Of a stretch of 64,000 bases of DNA, positions 63,790 to 64,000 are shown piece after piece. The stretch's first letter is position 1. The number at the start of each line of letters is the position of its first letter. The stretch is from Felis catus. Lineage: Eukaryota. Under the pieces are notes generated by a model. It was not told the DNA's origin. It made no database searches and was given only the letters and a program-made list of their open reading frames with translations. Location: assembly GCF_018350175.1 (NCBI RefSeq), contig NC_058368.1, forward strand, positions 172,670,001 through 172,734,000, read 5' to 3'. A program made the position numbers and the translations under genes.

Positions 63790-63960
63790 TGAAGTGACAT
63801 GGGATAGACCTGGGTTCCCATCCAGGCTTTGTTCCTCACTAGCTGCATGCCTCTGGGCAAGTCACTGCCCCTCACTGAGCCTCAGTTTTCCCATCTGTAA
63901 AACAGTAATAACAGCTGACACATCAATAGCACCTACTGTATGCAGTTGTCATTTTAAGCA
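63790..63960 (+). mobile_element. MIR
   Basis: CTAGCTGCATGCCTCTGGGCAAGTCACT..GAGCCTCAGTTTTCCCATCTGTAAAACAG matches the MIR core. Confidence 0.75.
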
Positions 63961-64000
63961 CTTTCTAGATACTTTTTTATCTTTATTTTTTAAAGAACTT

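Noticed and set aside
59800-64000. Start of DBN1, the next syntenic gene in human
   Set aside because: No CpG island or drebrin-like exon is visible. The region is L2, LTR and MIR relics plus unique intergenic DNA.

Overview
Mammalian genomic DNA, almost certainly a felid (cat lineage), judged from tRNA-derived Can-SINEs of the SINEC_Fc type. The window holds four consecutive + strand genes in the order conserved at human 5q35.3: FAM193B (exon 2 to the 3' end; exon 1 lies upstream of the window), DDX41 (17 coding exons, 622 aa), DOK3 (5 coding exons, 447 aa) and PDLIM7/Enigma (458 aa long form plus alternative exons). I traced exon boundaries by hand using GT/AG signals and frame continuity. 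Family assignments rest on recalled human orthologue sequences, not on a database search. The rest is ordinary interspersed repeat (15 Can-SINEs, MIR, L2, old L1, MaLR/ERVL LTRs, MER5A, one Tigger-like MITE) plus five N gaps, three of which hide parts of FAM193B coding exons. I found no prokaryotic, CRISPR, RNA-gene or intact mobile-element system and cannot support a wholly new biological system. The best leads are: two independent SINE-into-SINE insertions that triplicate the target site; candidate poison exons in FAM193B; loss of frame of the human DOK3 N-terminal extension; a conserved SPxYxxLRDWHH tail on the LIM-less PDLIM7 isoform; and two stop-free in-frame DDX41 introns.
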